64,000 nucleotides of DNA from Vermamoeba vermiformis (Eukaryota): the NCBI GenBank assembly GCA_045837725.1, contig JBEWZL010000063.1, positions 124,001-188,000 on the forward strand. Direction: 5' to 3'. Position 1 is the stretch's first letter; every line of letters starts with the position of its first letter. Below the pieces are notes generated by a model. The model was given only the letters and a program-made list of their open reading frames with translations. It ran no database searches and had not been told where the DNA came from. Positions 15,473 through 28,157 of the stretch are shown piece by piece. The position numbers and the translations under genes are program-made.

Positions 15473-17140
15473 ATGAACACTAAAGGACTCGTTATTTTCT
15501 TTACTATTATATCAGTATTATCTGTAAGTTATTTTCTTTTCGTTTCAAGCCTCGATCTGATTATTTTTTTCGGCAGATCGCGTCTTCAAGGCCTCAACTT
15601 GGAGTCTACGCCGGCGTTGCGCCATGGGGCCCTAATAACATTCAAAATTACAGTCTTTGGTTAAACAATCCCGTTGTTTACGCGATGGAGTTCGAAGCAG
15701 CTGAAACTTGGGACAACATTGCCGGTCAGGGCTGGTGGCTTGGCCCATGGAATAATTGGGCTAATAGCGCACCTGAAGGCGAAGAACGTCATTTGATAAT
15801 TTCAATCCCTATGATCCCTTCGTTGGTGGAAGGTGGTAAGCAAAAACCGGATCTAGTCTCAAATTTTGAATCCAAATTTACGTACTCGCAAAGTTTTCTT
15901 TTCATTATACGCAATTAATTTTCGTGTCGAGAAGATTTGACTCGCATTTTGTCGTTCAACTGACTTGGCACGTGTCAAAGTGTCAACTTTTATAACTAGG
16001 GGACCGCTTCAGATTTTTAAACCGATAAATCTTCAACCACTAATTCGTATTATTATTTGTTAGTATCTATCGCTACTGGAGCTCAAGGCGCGTACAATCA
16101 GTACTTTCAGACCCTCGGTGAAAATTTGGTCAAGTTTAATTTGTCCACTGCACTCTTGCGCATTGGCTGGGAATTCAACGGTGATTGGTACAAATGGACT
16201 GCACTGCCAGGGTGCAATTACTGGGCACCTTATTATGCCCAAATCGTTACTACCATGCGTGCCGTGCCTGGTAAGTCAGATCCAATGCTCAAAACTTGAC
16301 ATGTCAAAAAATCTTTTTTTGACACCAACTACTTTAGGCAATAATTTCAAGACGATTTGGAATCCTAACGGCGGTTATAACACTGTTAATGCTCCAGATT
16401 GCTGGCCAGGTGATGAATACGTCGATTATGTTGGTGTCGACAGCTACGATATTGATTATGGAACGTACAATTGGGAAAGTACACAACCGTTTGGATCTTG
16501 GTCACCAACGCGTCTTTCTGTCATTAACGACAGCGTGGAGCATAATGTATCGATATGGAAGGCCTTAGTTAATAGCACTAATGTCGAGCCCGGTACTGAC
16601 GACACTGTTTGGACGTTGCTCGCTAACAGCACTACCTTGCAATCCCTCCGTCAAAAGGCCTGGAACACCGTCCACAGTGGATACTTGGGTCTTGAATTCT
16701 GGGCAAATTTTGCACGCAATCACAGCAAGCCGTTGATTTTGAACGAATGGGGAGTGTGGGCTAATGTCCGAGGAGGCTTCGACAACGATTACTACATTGA
16801 GCGCATGCACGAATTCATCATGAACGAGACTAAAAATGTCGCGATATACTCCTACTTTGACGTGCTGGCCTTTGACGGTGATCACAGATTACGTCCAGAA
16901 ACGAATTTTCCTCGTGCTTCACAGAAGTTCTGGGAGCTGTTTGGCGTTCATGAACAGCCCTCACCCGATGCAAATTCCCCGAGCGATCAAAATTCTCCGA
17001 ATGACAGCAACGGCGAAGTTCCTTCCAGTTCTGAAAGTCCTCAAGCCAAGCCGGCACCTTCCTCGCAATTAAGAAGTGGTTCTACCGGTCTCATGTACTA
17101 CATACCGGCTATGATTGTACTTGTGTTACTTGTTCTCTAA
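15473..17140 (+). CDS. Secreted, probably GPI-anchored glycoside hydrolase family 26 (beta-mannanase-like)
   Basis: Signal peptide, LRIGWEFNGDWYKW (acid/base Glu), WPGDEYVDYVGVDSYD, KPLILNEWG (nucleophile Glu), S/P linker and hydrophobic C-terminus. Confidence 0.88.
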
Positions 17141-17242
17141 AGCGACATCCGGTTGCAGTTTTGAAAATGTAATGTAAACTCTGTTTTATTGCATGTATCA
17201 AAAGACTAAAATGAATGTGATGAATCTATTGGTTGTGCGCGT

Positions 17243-18413
17243 TCAAACGAGGAATAAAAGGCTAACGGAAAGAAGAAGCATTACGCATCCATTAAGAACT
17301 AAAGATCTGTTAGCACTTGCTGGTACTAGCGAACTTGATTCTGTTGAGGCAGTATTAGTGAGTATTGGTAGTCGCTACATCAAATTTTACCATGAAATTG
17401 GGCGATGAGAGTTGAATTAGTCGAAGGAGGAGCGCTGATCTGGAGCCAGAATCGCAAGATGTTTGTTGATTCAAGGCTAAACATAGTCTCTAAATAGGAT
17501 ATTATTGATATCAAAGATTTGAAAGATATTTGTGTGCGTCGGTAATGATTCAGAATGTTGCCACGTGCGTAACACGGAATAATCGGGACAGCTTACTTTC
17601 ATTAGCAACGAGCTGCTTTGTTTCATGAACACCTTTTCCTAATTCGTAAGATGTAGGACAGGAGCCAGGACCACCGGAAATAATGACAGTGCTGTCAAAT
17701 GCAGTCGTCAGACTGAACTCGAACAGATCTTGCGGTTCCTCGAGGTCAATCACAAAGTATCTACTGCAATTGAATAGAGTATTTCGAGGACACAGATATT
17801 TCATTGTTTGATTGTCGCGAATTTGGCCGATGTAGACTGTCAAAGTGTCAAAATGTCAGCAACAATTGTCATTTTGTATTCTTACCGTAAAATGAATTAC
17901 GGCTTGCTTACACGTATAAAACCCAGCGAAGATCCATGTCAATTGTCCATCACCACTAGCCTTCGTGTTTAGCGTAGAAAACTGACCGAAATCAGTCGTG
18001 TTTCCGTTCCAAATCGGAACCGGATAAACGCAGGGATCTGAAAGAATCGATCTCAAATTAGTTTCGTTACAGCTTGTCATTGTATTAATTAGGGCAGAAA
18101 ATATATTACCGTAATGAATGGCGGTCGATCCTTCGATGTCAGATGCATTTGATCTGATCTCTCTAATTATAGCTGGCTGAATAAAGATTAATCGCTTAAT
18201 AGTGGAAAAATTAGTCGCTTTCGTTACGTTCCAAACATTTGCGATGCCAATGGACGAGAAGTCAAGGAAAATGTTCAAATCTGTATCGAGCGAGCCATTG
18301 GTAAATTGGCGGTACATGACAATGCCTCCATCCATCGGTTCTTGAGCGAAGCATTGCCCGGCAAAACCTACAAGAAAAACAAGCGCGCAGATTATCAAAT
18401 GTTTCGTGGCCAT
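17243..18413 (-). CDS. Secreted or surface protein of unknown function, multi-exon
   Basis: Signal peptide MATKHLIICALVFLVGFAGQCFA, many N-glycosylation sequons, hydrophobic C-terminus VMLLLSVSLLFLV*. Confidence 0.7.
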
Positions 18414-18676
18414 TAAGGAGTAGTGGACTTAATTGCAAAATACAAAAGAAATAACCTACTATTTGATATATCTTCTGCCCACGTGCCATCGCTGATTTTT
18501 ACTTGAAATTTTTTACGGCAGCTGTCATTCGGTTGATCAAAGAATCAAAATAATTTTGTATTCTTACCTGAACACAAGATCGTAAATAATATCATTCACA
18601 ATGGATTTTATTTGAGTTCGGTCGGAAGCGATTGAAAAAAACAGTTTTTTTTGAAACCAGCAATACTTATTATCAA

Positions 18677-20206
18677 TTAGTTGTTGCTCAGAAACTTCTT
18701 GACGACCTCTTTCATGTCGTAAGGATACTCCAAGGGACGAGTAGAAGCTTCGTCCAAAGCAGCGACTTGTGCGTCAGTCAAAGTGAACAAACCAGCTTCA
18801 ATGTTCTCTTCAAGTTGTTGCACGGTCTTGGCACCAATGATCACTGATGACACGGCTGGTTTGTGCAGCAACCAGCGAAGTGACACTTGTGCCACGCTCT
18901 TGTTGACTTCCTTCGCAACCTCTTCGATCTGCAAATATCAATTAGTACGAGAAAAGTGTGGTCAAAGTTGGTCTTGTTCGAGGGTACCTTGTCAATGACA
19001 TTCCAAGTAAAGTCGTTGTTCACGCTTGAGTACGCTGTTTGCTTCCAGCCAATCTTCTCGGCCCAAGCAACTCTTGAATTAGGATCGGATGATGCGCCTT
19101 TCTGGCGAGAGTATTTGCCACTCAAAAGTCCACCTGTCAAAGTGTCAAAATGTCATCAGATGCCTCTTTCAAAGTAATCTTTTCTCATCAGATTCGATCG
19201 ATTATTTACCCTTCAAAGGAGACCAAGGCAAGATACCAAGTCCTTCGTTCTTGCAGACTTCAAAGGCCTCATTCTCGGAGTTTCGCTCCAGCAACGAGTA
19301 TTGTTGTTGCAAGCTGACGAACGCTGCAGAAACATTAGAAAAAACCCGTTGACAAATTGGAAAATAGCGACTTTTACCTTCCAAGCCAAGTTGTTTGCTA
19401 ATTAGCACGGCCTTTTGCAATTGCCAACCGTTGAAGTTACTGGCACCAATGTAACGCACTTTTCCGATGCGTACAAGGTCGTTCAAAGTAGATAAGGTCT
19501 CTTCAATTGGCGTTCTATCATCAAAACCATGGATTTGATACACGTCGATGTAATCTGTTTGCAATCGCTTCAAAGATCTAGTACGAAAAAATTCAATTAG
19601 ACCTAATTTCAACTAGGGTAAATCTCACGACACGATTCCAAATCCGTAGCTTTCGAAAATTGATAAGTAATAGTTAGCGTACCCTTCGACAGCAGACAGA
19701 ATGTGTTTTCTCGATGCACCCCAATCGTTGGCATTAGTTCCGACAGGGCTGTAGAACTTGGTTGCGATTACAAAATCGTCACGATTCTTAGTCTTCAGCC
19801 ACTTGCCAACTATTTACATTGTTAGATCGAAAGTCTTCTTCGATTAAAAAAGATCTGAATCCAACTTACGAATAATTTCGGAATGGAATGGTCCGTAGGC
19901 ATCGGCAGTATCGATGAAGTTACCACCGTACGCAGCAAAGCGATCAAGAATCTTGAAGCTCGTTTCTGAAAATTCAGCGATTAGTTTTCCTTCACTGAAA
20001 AAGTAGATCTTGTACCTTCATCGGTGTTCGGCATTCCCCAGGCACTAGGACCGAAAGTCATTGCACCTAATCAAATTATAAGCATCGTTTTAGCGCATTT
20101 ATCAATTTCTGGAGTTACCTAAGCAGATCTCGGACACTTTCAAACCTGTGTTGCCCAGATTTCGGTACTTGAGTTTTCTTTGCTGTTGTTTTTGCAGTTC
20201 AGCCAT
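18677..20206 (-). CDS. Aldo-keto reductase (copy 1), multi-exon
   Basis: [72 protein letters not shown]. Confidence 0.95.
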
Positions 20207-20708
20207 TGTGTATTGTTTCGAGTTAGTTTGTTTGATTTGAATTGAGTATACTTCTTGCGATCTGCGTATTTAAATGCCAAAAGTACACACGGCCAAACGG
20301 AGATTTATTTGCGGAATAACGGCTTTAAGGCGAATTAGATTGTTATCAGCCCAATTATTTGCTACGAGCGCTGGTATCACATTTGGAGTGAATCATGCTG
20401 AAAAATAGATGTTACGCCAATTGCACTTACATCCAGTTCAAAAAACTCCAGCGTTATCTTGATCTTGCTCTATAACCATTCGAATAAAATGGGATATATT
20501 ATTGTACTTACAGAATTATTATCTGAAGATCTCGTCACCCATCTGTGTTGTAGTTAGATCCGGCTGGATGCACCAAAAAAGGAGAAGGTTTTTTGAGTCC
20601 AAAGTATATTCTATTGGCAGATTATTATAGTAACGATATATTATACTTAATCTCGGATGCAATTGGACATCAAATTTATGTTTAAACAGTGTATTAATTA
20701 CTGCGGAT

Positions 20709-22168
20709 CTACGATGACTTGTTTTCAATCACAATGTTCGCTACAATAGGGCAATGATCGCTCGCAGGAGTGCCAGGAATGCCGTTCTCAAGCACAGTAT
20801 AGTCCTGCACTACTATTCCTTTGGTCACCAATATGTAGTCGATCAGCATGGTGAACGTCGCGTCTTTGACGTTACAAAAATCAACGAATGTCGGGTGAGT
20901 ACTGCCTGATCCAGCATTGGACAATAATATTCCTATATATAGTAATAATTATAAAAATTAATATGATTTATATATTCATTTGAGCTATAAAATTGATCGT
21001 TAGGACGTACCCCATTTCTGGATCTCTCGCTCGTCACTTCATCAATGAGACCTTCGCTAGGTGTGGAATTGAAATCTCCCATTAATATGCATGGGAGGCC
21101 GTTAGCGATAGCTCTCATCTTCGTTAATATCAACTGCAAGCCTTTTTTGCGTGCCTCGAATGACTCGTGATCCAGATGTGTGTTGAAAACAAAAAACGGC
21201 GGCGCGTTTCTATATGATAGTTAATATCCATATATCAATATTTAATATGTACTTACTTAGTTTTTGATCGTAGTTTCACCCAAGAGCAGATTCTGGGCAG
21301 CCGAGCGCCCCATCCGCGAGATCCCGGAGCGTTTGGCGAGTCCGACAGCCAAAATACGCCACACCCTTCTTGCTATATCAAACTACCATTAAATACGATC
21401 ATATCTACACGTTGATAACTTACGCTGAACAGATCTGCTCGATAAAATATCGGCGACGCTTCACCGCTTTGCATGCCGTCATTGCGGCCCCAAGAAACAT
21501 AATCAAAAGCAGTGCCGAGTCGTTCTTTGACGTCCTAAAGACGTAAGGGGTCATTAAGAGTAATATATTGATGAGTACTTACTGTTACTTGATGGTGCAA
21601 AGGTTCTTGAAGACCAAAAATGTCGCATCCAGAAACAATTTTTGAAACCTGAAAATTAACATTAACAACATTAGAATACCTAAATATAATTCGTACGATG
21701 TCTTTTCGATTATCCCAAACGTGTTTTCCGTCTCTTGGGTTGTCAAAGCGAACGTTAAAGCTCATTACCTAAGAACCAACGGTCTTCAATTCTTTATTCA
21801 TTAATTTATAAAAAGAATATTTTTACCTTCAAGGCCAATGAATCTGGGTAATTATAAGTTTCTTTTTCATGATTAAATACTTCGATAATTCTTTCATTGC
21901 TAAAATTATTATTGATAATTCTATTTTCACCGGATTCCCAGATCAGACCGCCTGATTGGTCTTTAATAACGAATTTGTATTCAATAGCGTGTTTAGGCAG
22001 CGCTATTCCTATAGGACTGGTCTCCCACCAATTCATTTCAGACCATTGCAATTTGTTGTTGTCAGTCGGCATCCAGTTGCCTAAAGCTGACGTATTGCCT
22101 ACGACGTGGACTGTTTGACCGTAGCTAGTCTCGCAGTACACGCGAAAAAATACATTTGTGGTAGTCAT
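20709..22168 (-). CDS. CBM20 starch-binding domain fused to an endonuclease/exonuclease/phosphatase (EEP) domain
   Basis: CBM20: GQTVHVVGNTSALGNW..IEYKFVI..WESGENR. EEP: MSFNVRFD, GLQE, FWLS, NTHLDH, GDFNS, IDYILV, SDHCPI. Confidence 0.88.
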
Positions 22169-22291
22169 GATGGTAATTAATAAATAATAATAATAATTTA
22201 ATTCTTTTTTTTTCTGCAGGAATTTTCAAACTCCGTCAAAATAATAAATGTACACGTATAAATAAGATATTCGATTCTATATAATCGATTC

Positions 22292-24213
22292 TTAGTTTTC
22301 AGGGCTAGTAAGGTCAGTTGTACTAACTTTCGAGCTGAGCGACTTCGAATTCTTTGTTGTAGCAGATCCGCCTGAACTCTTCGTTGGTGCAATTCTATTC
22401 GTATCAAATAGATATATGCGTGAAAAACTATCTAGATATAACGCTACGTATATCATAGACCAGATAGTTACACGATTAATTGGTGTTCCTTCGAGGAAAT
22501 TATTGCCAGCTGCGTAGACGACGCCAACAATTATAACGATCACTCGTGCCACGCCACTGAATATCATTTTTTGCGTGACCTATAGTATTGATAAACGTAT
22601 ACATTAATAAAGAACTTTCTACTGGAGGTTAACGACGGATCATTTGTACCAGATCTCGCGTTACAAAATTTGTGTAAAGGCAGCAACAAACTACTTGTAA
22701 GTAGATTTATAAATGCCGATGAATAGGCGAACAAAATAAAGGTGAATAAAAGGGTTTGAAGCTTACGTTTTTCAAATTTTTGATTGTCAGGGCTTTTCTA
22801 ATTCGTTTGGATATTTGAACGGCAGTGATGATATAGAACACTAGGAATCCAGCTGATATGACGATGAATATGACTGATAGCGGAATAATGTTGTTGAATG
22901 TAGCGTAAACGGCCAAAATACTGAGAACGATTTGGACGACGATAATGACGATTGTTACGATAAAAAATGCCACTTTGAGCTTATTTAAGAACGCGTAGAT
23001 TTGAATCGATGCGTCTGTAATGGCTTCGTACCTAAAAAGAATTTTCAGATTCGATCCGACAAGTTTAATTTGGAGCGGAACTTACCAATAAAATGTAATA
23101 AGCATGAAAGTTGAGAGATTGAATGGAATGGATAGTGATTGAAGAACAAGACCAGCCGCGTAACCAAAAGTATTCTCGCATCCAAACGGATCGACAACCG
23201 TGTAAAGAATGCGAACTTCGGAATTAAGATTAGCTTCGGATAATTATTTCTACCATCAATACTTACTTAAATTTCCAATAATCTCCAAAGCTAAGCATAC
23301 TTGAGGTACATTGAATTGCGATCCTTGAATTCTGATAAAGAACGCCATTTTTACTGCGGCAAAGATTATGAGACCAACTCCAACGGCACCAAACATCGCT
23401 CGGAATAAGATAATATAGGCTATAGACGTATACATAGCCCGCCATAAATTATCTAAATATAGAAAAAATGAAGTTAATTAACGGGCTTACAATTCGCGGC
23501 TGAAATTAGGAATAAAAACGAATTTAATGCATAAAATCGAAAATATGAATATGTTTGGGGTTTCAACACAACGATTGGTGGATCCAATCCAGTAATTTCA
23601 CATTGACGAACGTCAAATAAATTATAACGCATACCATCGGGTGCTATGGTGACTAAAGGCTGATCTCCTTGAAATACGCTATCGGCGAATTTAAGTACTG
23701 TATCTTCCTCATTAGATCCCTTAGCGTAAGTAATTTCGACGATTGGAATCAACGTTTTCAATGTACGTCGCAAAAAGGCAATAACTACCGCCAGTAACTA
23801 TATCATAGTTTTATTAGTATCGTTTACGATATTTCTAAGAAAAAAAGATCTACCTTGATGCCAATCAATAACCACGACGCCGATCGCGCCTCTATTTTGA
23901 AGTTCATGAAAGCCCATTGGTCCAGTTAGCCATGAATACGCTAGTACTATCTTCCCTGAGACATTACTAGCGTTATATGTCGTCATAAAGCCAGTTACTG
24001 GATCGAATCCGCCAAAATCTTCGACTGAATTAAACGCAAAGTTAGATCTTGAAATTTTGGCAAGTAAAATGGTTTAATATGGCTGTACTTACACGAAGTG
24101 AAGTACCTAGGCGATATATACGTCGTATTAGCAAATTGTCCAGACTGAATTTCAACCGCACAGAGCGATAACGACACCACCGATAATAATACACATAAAA
24201 CAATACGGATCAT
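22292..24213 (-). CDS. Signal peptide, PA-like domain and multi-pass (7TM-like) membrane protein
   Basis: NVSGKIVLA..QNRGAIGVVVI (PA-like), followed by several TM exons (..LYTVVDPFGC.., TFMLITFYWYEAI, IIVGVVY) and a Ser-rich tail. Confidence 0.7.
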
Positions 24214-24695
24214 GTTTACTAATATGACTCGTGTTGTAGATTACTATAAACGGATTATATTTTGATTTAAACGAGTCGTCAAAATCAATTTCGGGGCGAG
24301 ACAAAATGTCCAGTGATTCACCAAATGTGGATCACGTTCCCAAATGAGCTAATTTGGGCTGAACGTTGCGCGAATAATGCTATATATGGTATTATTTAAA
24401 CTTTTAGGTACCTCAGTAGTGTCCTGTCGAATATCTCGGTCGAAACTTTCGGTCCCAATAAAAAGTTCGAATGGATCTCGCACGCAATGTCGCTATCAAG
24501 AACGAAAGGAACTCTAATTAATGTAGTTAGTAAACTTATTAATATTAAATTATAATTACTAGCAACAGTGGCATACATTTCCCTTATTGAAATGAGATTA
24601 ATTTAAATATGCCAAATTCTTAAGAATCAATATCTGCAACTCCGGTAAATAACAGAGCTTAGTGTATAAATACAAGTGTAAAAGGAGTTTTATTA

Positions 24696-26220
24696 CCTTG
24701 TAACGTTTGGGCAGATCCAGCCAAGAAAGTTCTCCGTAATTCAACCAGAAACGCCTTTTATATATTATTATATGTTGTTCAAATATAAACCTCTCCTTTC
24801 ACAGGTGCGTCTCTGATAACTTTGTTCTCGTATCTCGGTTTGTACGATTGCGACGTGCCTCCGTTGTACGCGTTAGCAGATGTGATGGAAATACTGTACA
24901 AAGTTCCTTCTGTATCCTCATCTCCTATTCAAAGAAATTACGTATTAATGTTTAATACATTTTAAGTATTATCAATGCTAAGAAGAGTATCAAATTTTCG
25001 ATCCGGATGTAGTCCGTTCGTTACACGAGGTTACTCACCTTCAACGTAGCCAAATTGCATATCGAGTTGATACAACATGCCGTTGTCTTTAGCAATAGAT
25101 GATATTCGCGCTGTAAAACAGTTCTTGTTCATGAATTCTTTCTTGTGTGGTACTTCGGTCACAACGTAATTGCCTGGCCAGCGTTTAAAGAACTTTTTGT
25201 ACTCGTTGAACGACTTCTTCCACGTAAACCCTTGTGCTTCCCACGTTCTATAATAAAAAATTAGCATTATCATATTTTAGAAGTTAATTCCAGATGCGGA
25301 TGAACAAAAGCATGGAAATTAAACGATTTGACTTGGCTTATAGACATAAGTAATAAAGAATACTATATATTATCGCTTTAACTTACTCAGGGAGAGGATA
25401 AATGTTGCGCACAATGTACATGAAAGTAAATTTGCCGGGTTCAGCGGATTCGACCCAAAAGTTATGTTTTTCGATTGTAACGTAGCGCGATTGACCTGAC
25501 GTATTTGCTACAGCTCCTTTTGCCTTCAATAACTCAGCGTAAGTCGCGTTGCCGATCTCGAAACCGAGTAACGGAAACAGTTTGATGTTGTCTGTTGTTT
25601 AGCCGTTAGTAAATATTCTAAGTTATAGTATTGCGTAAATATAAATAATATATCGATAGTACGTTGCATTACTGTAAATTATAATGTGATTAAAGGCGTT
25701 GAAGTAGAATTTGGAATTCCAGATGAAATTAAATTTTCACAGTTAACGAATTTAATTATGAAACATTGCTGATTAATATTGCAATAATATACTTACTACT
25801 AAAATAAAATCGTTTCCAAGTTTGCACTTCTGGTTTCTCTTCATCCCCGTGTCTAACTCTAGATTTGACCTTCCAAAACATGCTATCGGCCGACGTTACA
25901 TTATATAGCACTTTGCATATTCTAGGAATCACTAAGGCTGTGGTACGATCGTCACAGAACGAGAGAATCAGATCCCACAATTCCATTGGGAGCAAATCCA
26001 ACTCCAAGCCATCGCCAAATACATGTCCTTCTTCAATAGAAAATACTAAACTCTTTTTAAGTGGGTTTGACGTCGTTGTCGACAACTGGGAAACTTCAGC
26101 TGGAACTTCAGCTCCATCCACCGCCAGAGCTGCAAGTGCAGAGCCCAGCGAACTTGAGGAGTCACTAATCGAGTTATTTTGACTCGATGTTAATTTTGCT
26201 CGTTGACTTGTGTTGCCCAT
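24696..26220 (-). CDS. F-box protein, multi-exon (3' end uncertain)
   Basis: LDLLPMELWDLILSFC...IPRICKVLY..DSMFWK, with an MGNTSQ N-terminus. Confidence 0.75.
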
Positions 26221-26420
26221 TGCTTGCTTCAGAGATAATTTTCAGTTCGAAAATTGACAAACAAAAGGAACGCGCCCATTCAAATTGCGAAGCAAGTGAG
26301 TATTAATTTGTGGATATTTGTCATAATACGACTTATTTCTGGTCCCTACTGGTATGCGTTTTTCGTAACAAATGAGATTAATTAATCCAAGTTTTAAGTT
26401 TACAAATGTATTAACAACTA

Positions 26421-26750
26421 TCACCGTTTATCAATCAATAGAGGAGATAACTCGTAGCACCCTATGGAAGTTTGTTTCTTAAAAATTCGTCTGCGTTGTT
26501 TTGTTGTGCTTATTCGAATAAAAAATGTATCTCCGTCGTTTATGACGACTAACTCTGGACACGACTCGCCACTTGGAAGTACAATTTCGCTAATGTCTTC
26601 TTCACTCTTGATTTTCCATAATTTCTTCGCGACTAACCCTGCGGCAATGATTTTCTTAATTTCTGCTGGGGATGTCGTGGGGATCGTGGCTCGCAGATTT
26701 ACTTTAGCACCAGAAGCGGTGTTGGATACCATAAAAACAATTTTTTGCAT
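26421..26750 (-). CDS. Small hypothetical protein, possibly ubiquitin-like/KHA-type fold
   Basis: ATG-initiated 109-aa ORF with ELVVINDGDTFFI resembling a beta-grasp C-terminal strand. Confidence 0.4.
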   Translation of the reverse strand: MQKIVFMVSNTASGAKVNLRATIPTTSPAEIKKIIAAGLVAKKLWKIKSEEDISEIVLPSGESCPELVVINDGDTFFIRISTTKQRRRIFKKQTSIGCYELSPLLIDKR

Positions 26751-27091
26751 GTTTCATGCTCGAAGTTAGGTATCTTTTATCGGGGTTTAATGTTTTTGTT
26801 TGCTTCTGCCTCCCGGAGCAAAAAGGAGGAATTCTGGTCCGAAAGATGCAAAGGTCCACAAGCGGTCTGATCACTGAACAGGGGAAAATAAAACATCTCA
26901 GAATTGCTTCGGAAATTCATCGAGCCAAGTACTGTGGTCTACTGGCAAAGGATCAAGATCGAACGGAAACTAACATTCTAATGAAATCAATGGTGTGTAA
27001 TGGAACGTAATCTAAGAAATACTTCGAGTATTCCGACCAATTAGGACTGAATCCATGCAAAGTGAAAGCAGCTGCGCTAATCCTCGTTTAT

Positions 27092-28023
27092 TTAATGGAT
27101 CTGACTCCAGCCTCTCCTGTAAAGACGGTAGAGTTCTATAAAATCATTCGCTAGGAAATTAAACACTAAGCGAATAATTTCTAGTAAAAATCCGCCGTAC
27201 AAAGGTTGCTTGAATAGCGATAACAAGTTCAACTTTTTCGATCCAAAAATTCCCTTGTTAACTCCAGTAATTATCATTTGCCGATGAATAGTGTTAAAAG
27301 GGTAATAAAAAATAGAGGCTAAAATATTAATAGGAAGATCCTTGAGTCCACTGAGGCTTCGCTGTTGCTTTAAAAATTTTGACCAGATCCGGCTAAATCC
27401 TTCGAGGGCAATATTTTGTATGATAATACCAATAATTCCAATAAATATACCATTATAAAGCGCTATAAATCTTTTGGGTGATGAAAAGACGTCTGCCAAG
27501 ATTTTTGGAGTCGATCGCAAAGTAGATCCCATCACCAATACGACCAAGCTGTCAATAGGTTGCCATAATATGAATAAAATAATATTTTTGATCATTTTTT
27601 TGACGAATGACTGTTGAGTATTCGAGGTTGCGTGCGGTTCGGATGAGATGGCTTTTACCGAACGAAGAACACCACCTTTGAATAGTGCGCTTAGACCACC
27701 CTCCATTAACATCGACCGTATCCATCCAATAACAGTCTTACGCTTATCTATCTCCCCGGTAACCAAATAATAGTGCTACATCCAGAAAATAAAATTAGTA
27801 AATTATTGTACGCGTTTAAATTGACTTGTACGAGTAATATATCGCTCTATATTAATTAGTATATTTTTGCTAAATGTATATTATAATTTTCGCTCACCTG
27901 TAGCTGCAACAGAAGCTTCAATCTGAAAAACGGCGTCGCCAGAAATGCGTCAAGGCATACTCCGAGGTCATATCGCTCGTTAATATGCCTCAGCAAGCCT
28001 ATTGTTCTCGATTTTGTGTTCAT
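27092..28023 (-). CDS. Divergent mitochondrial carrier (SLC25) family protein, 2 exons
   Basis: TPFFRLKLLLQLQ, QPIDSL, YPFNTIHRQM, GLSALFKG and LYNG. Intron position matches the 14170-15234 gene. Confidence 0.7.
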
Positions 28024-28157
28024 TCGTTCAAAATGTACACCATATGTTGGCGGGAAGAATGGCGGCAAAATTTTTTTTGGTCAAACTTTAGTCAAACCCC
28101 AAAGTCCAGGTCCCAAAAACCCAAACAACAAGGGTCATAATTATTTCTCAATACTAA

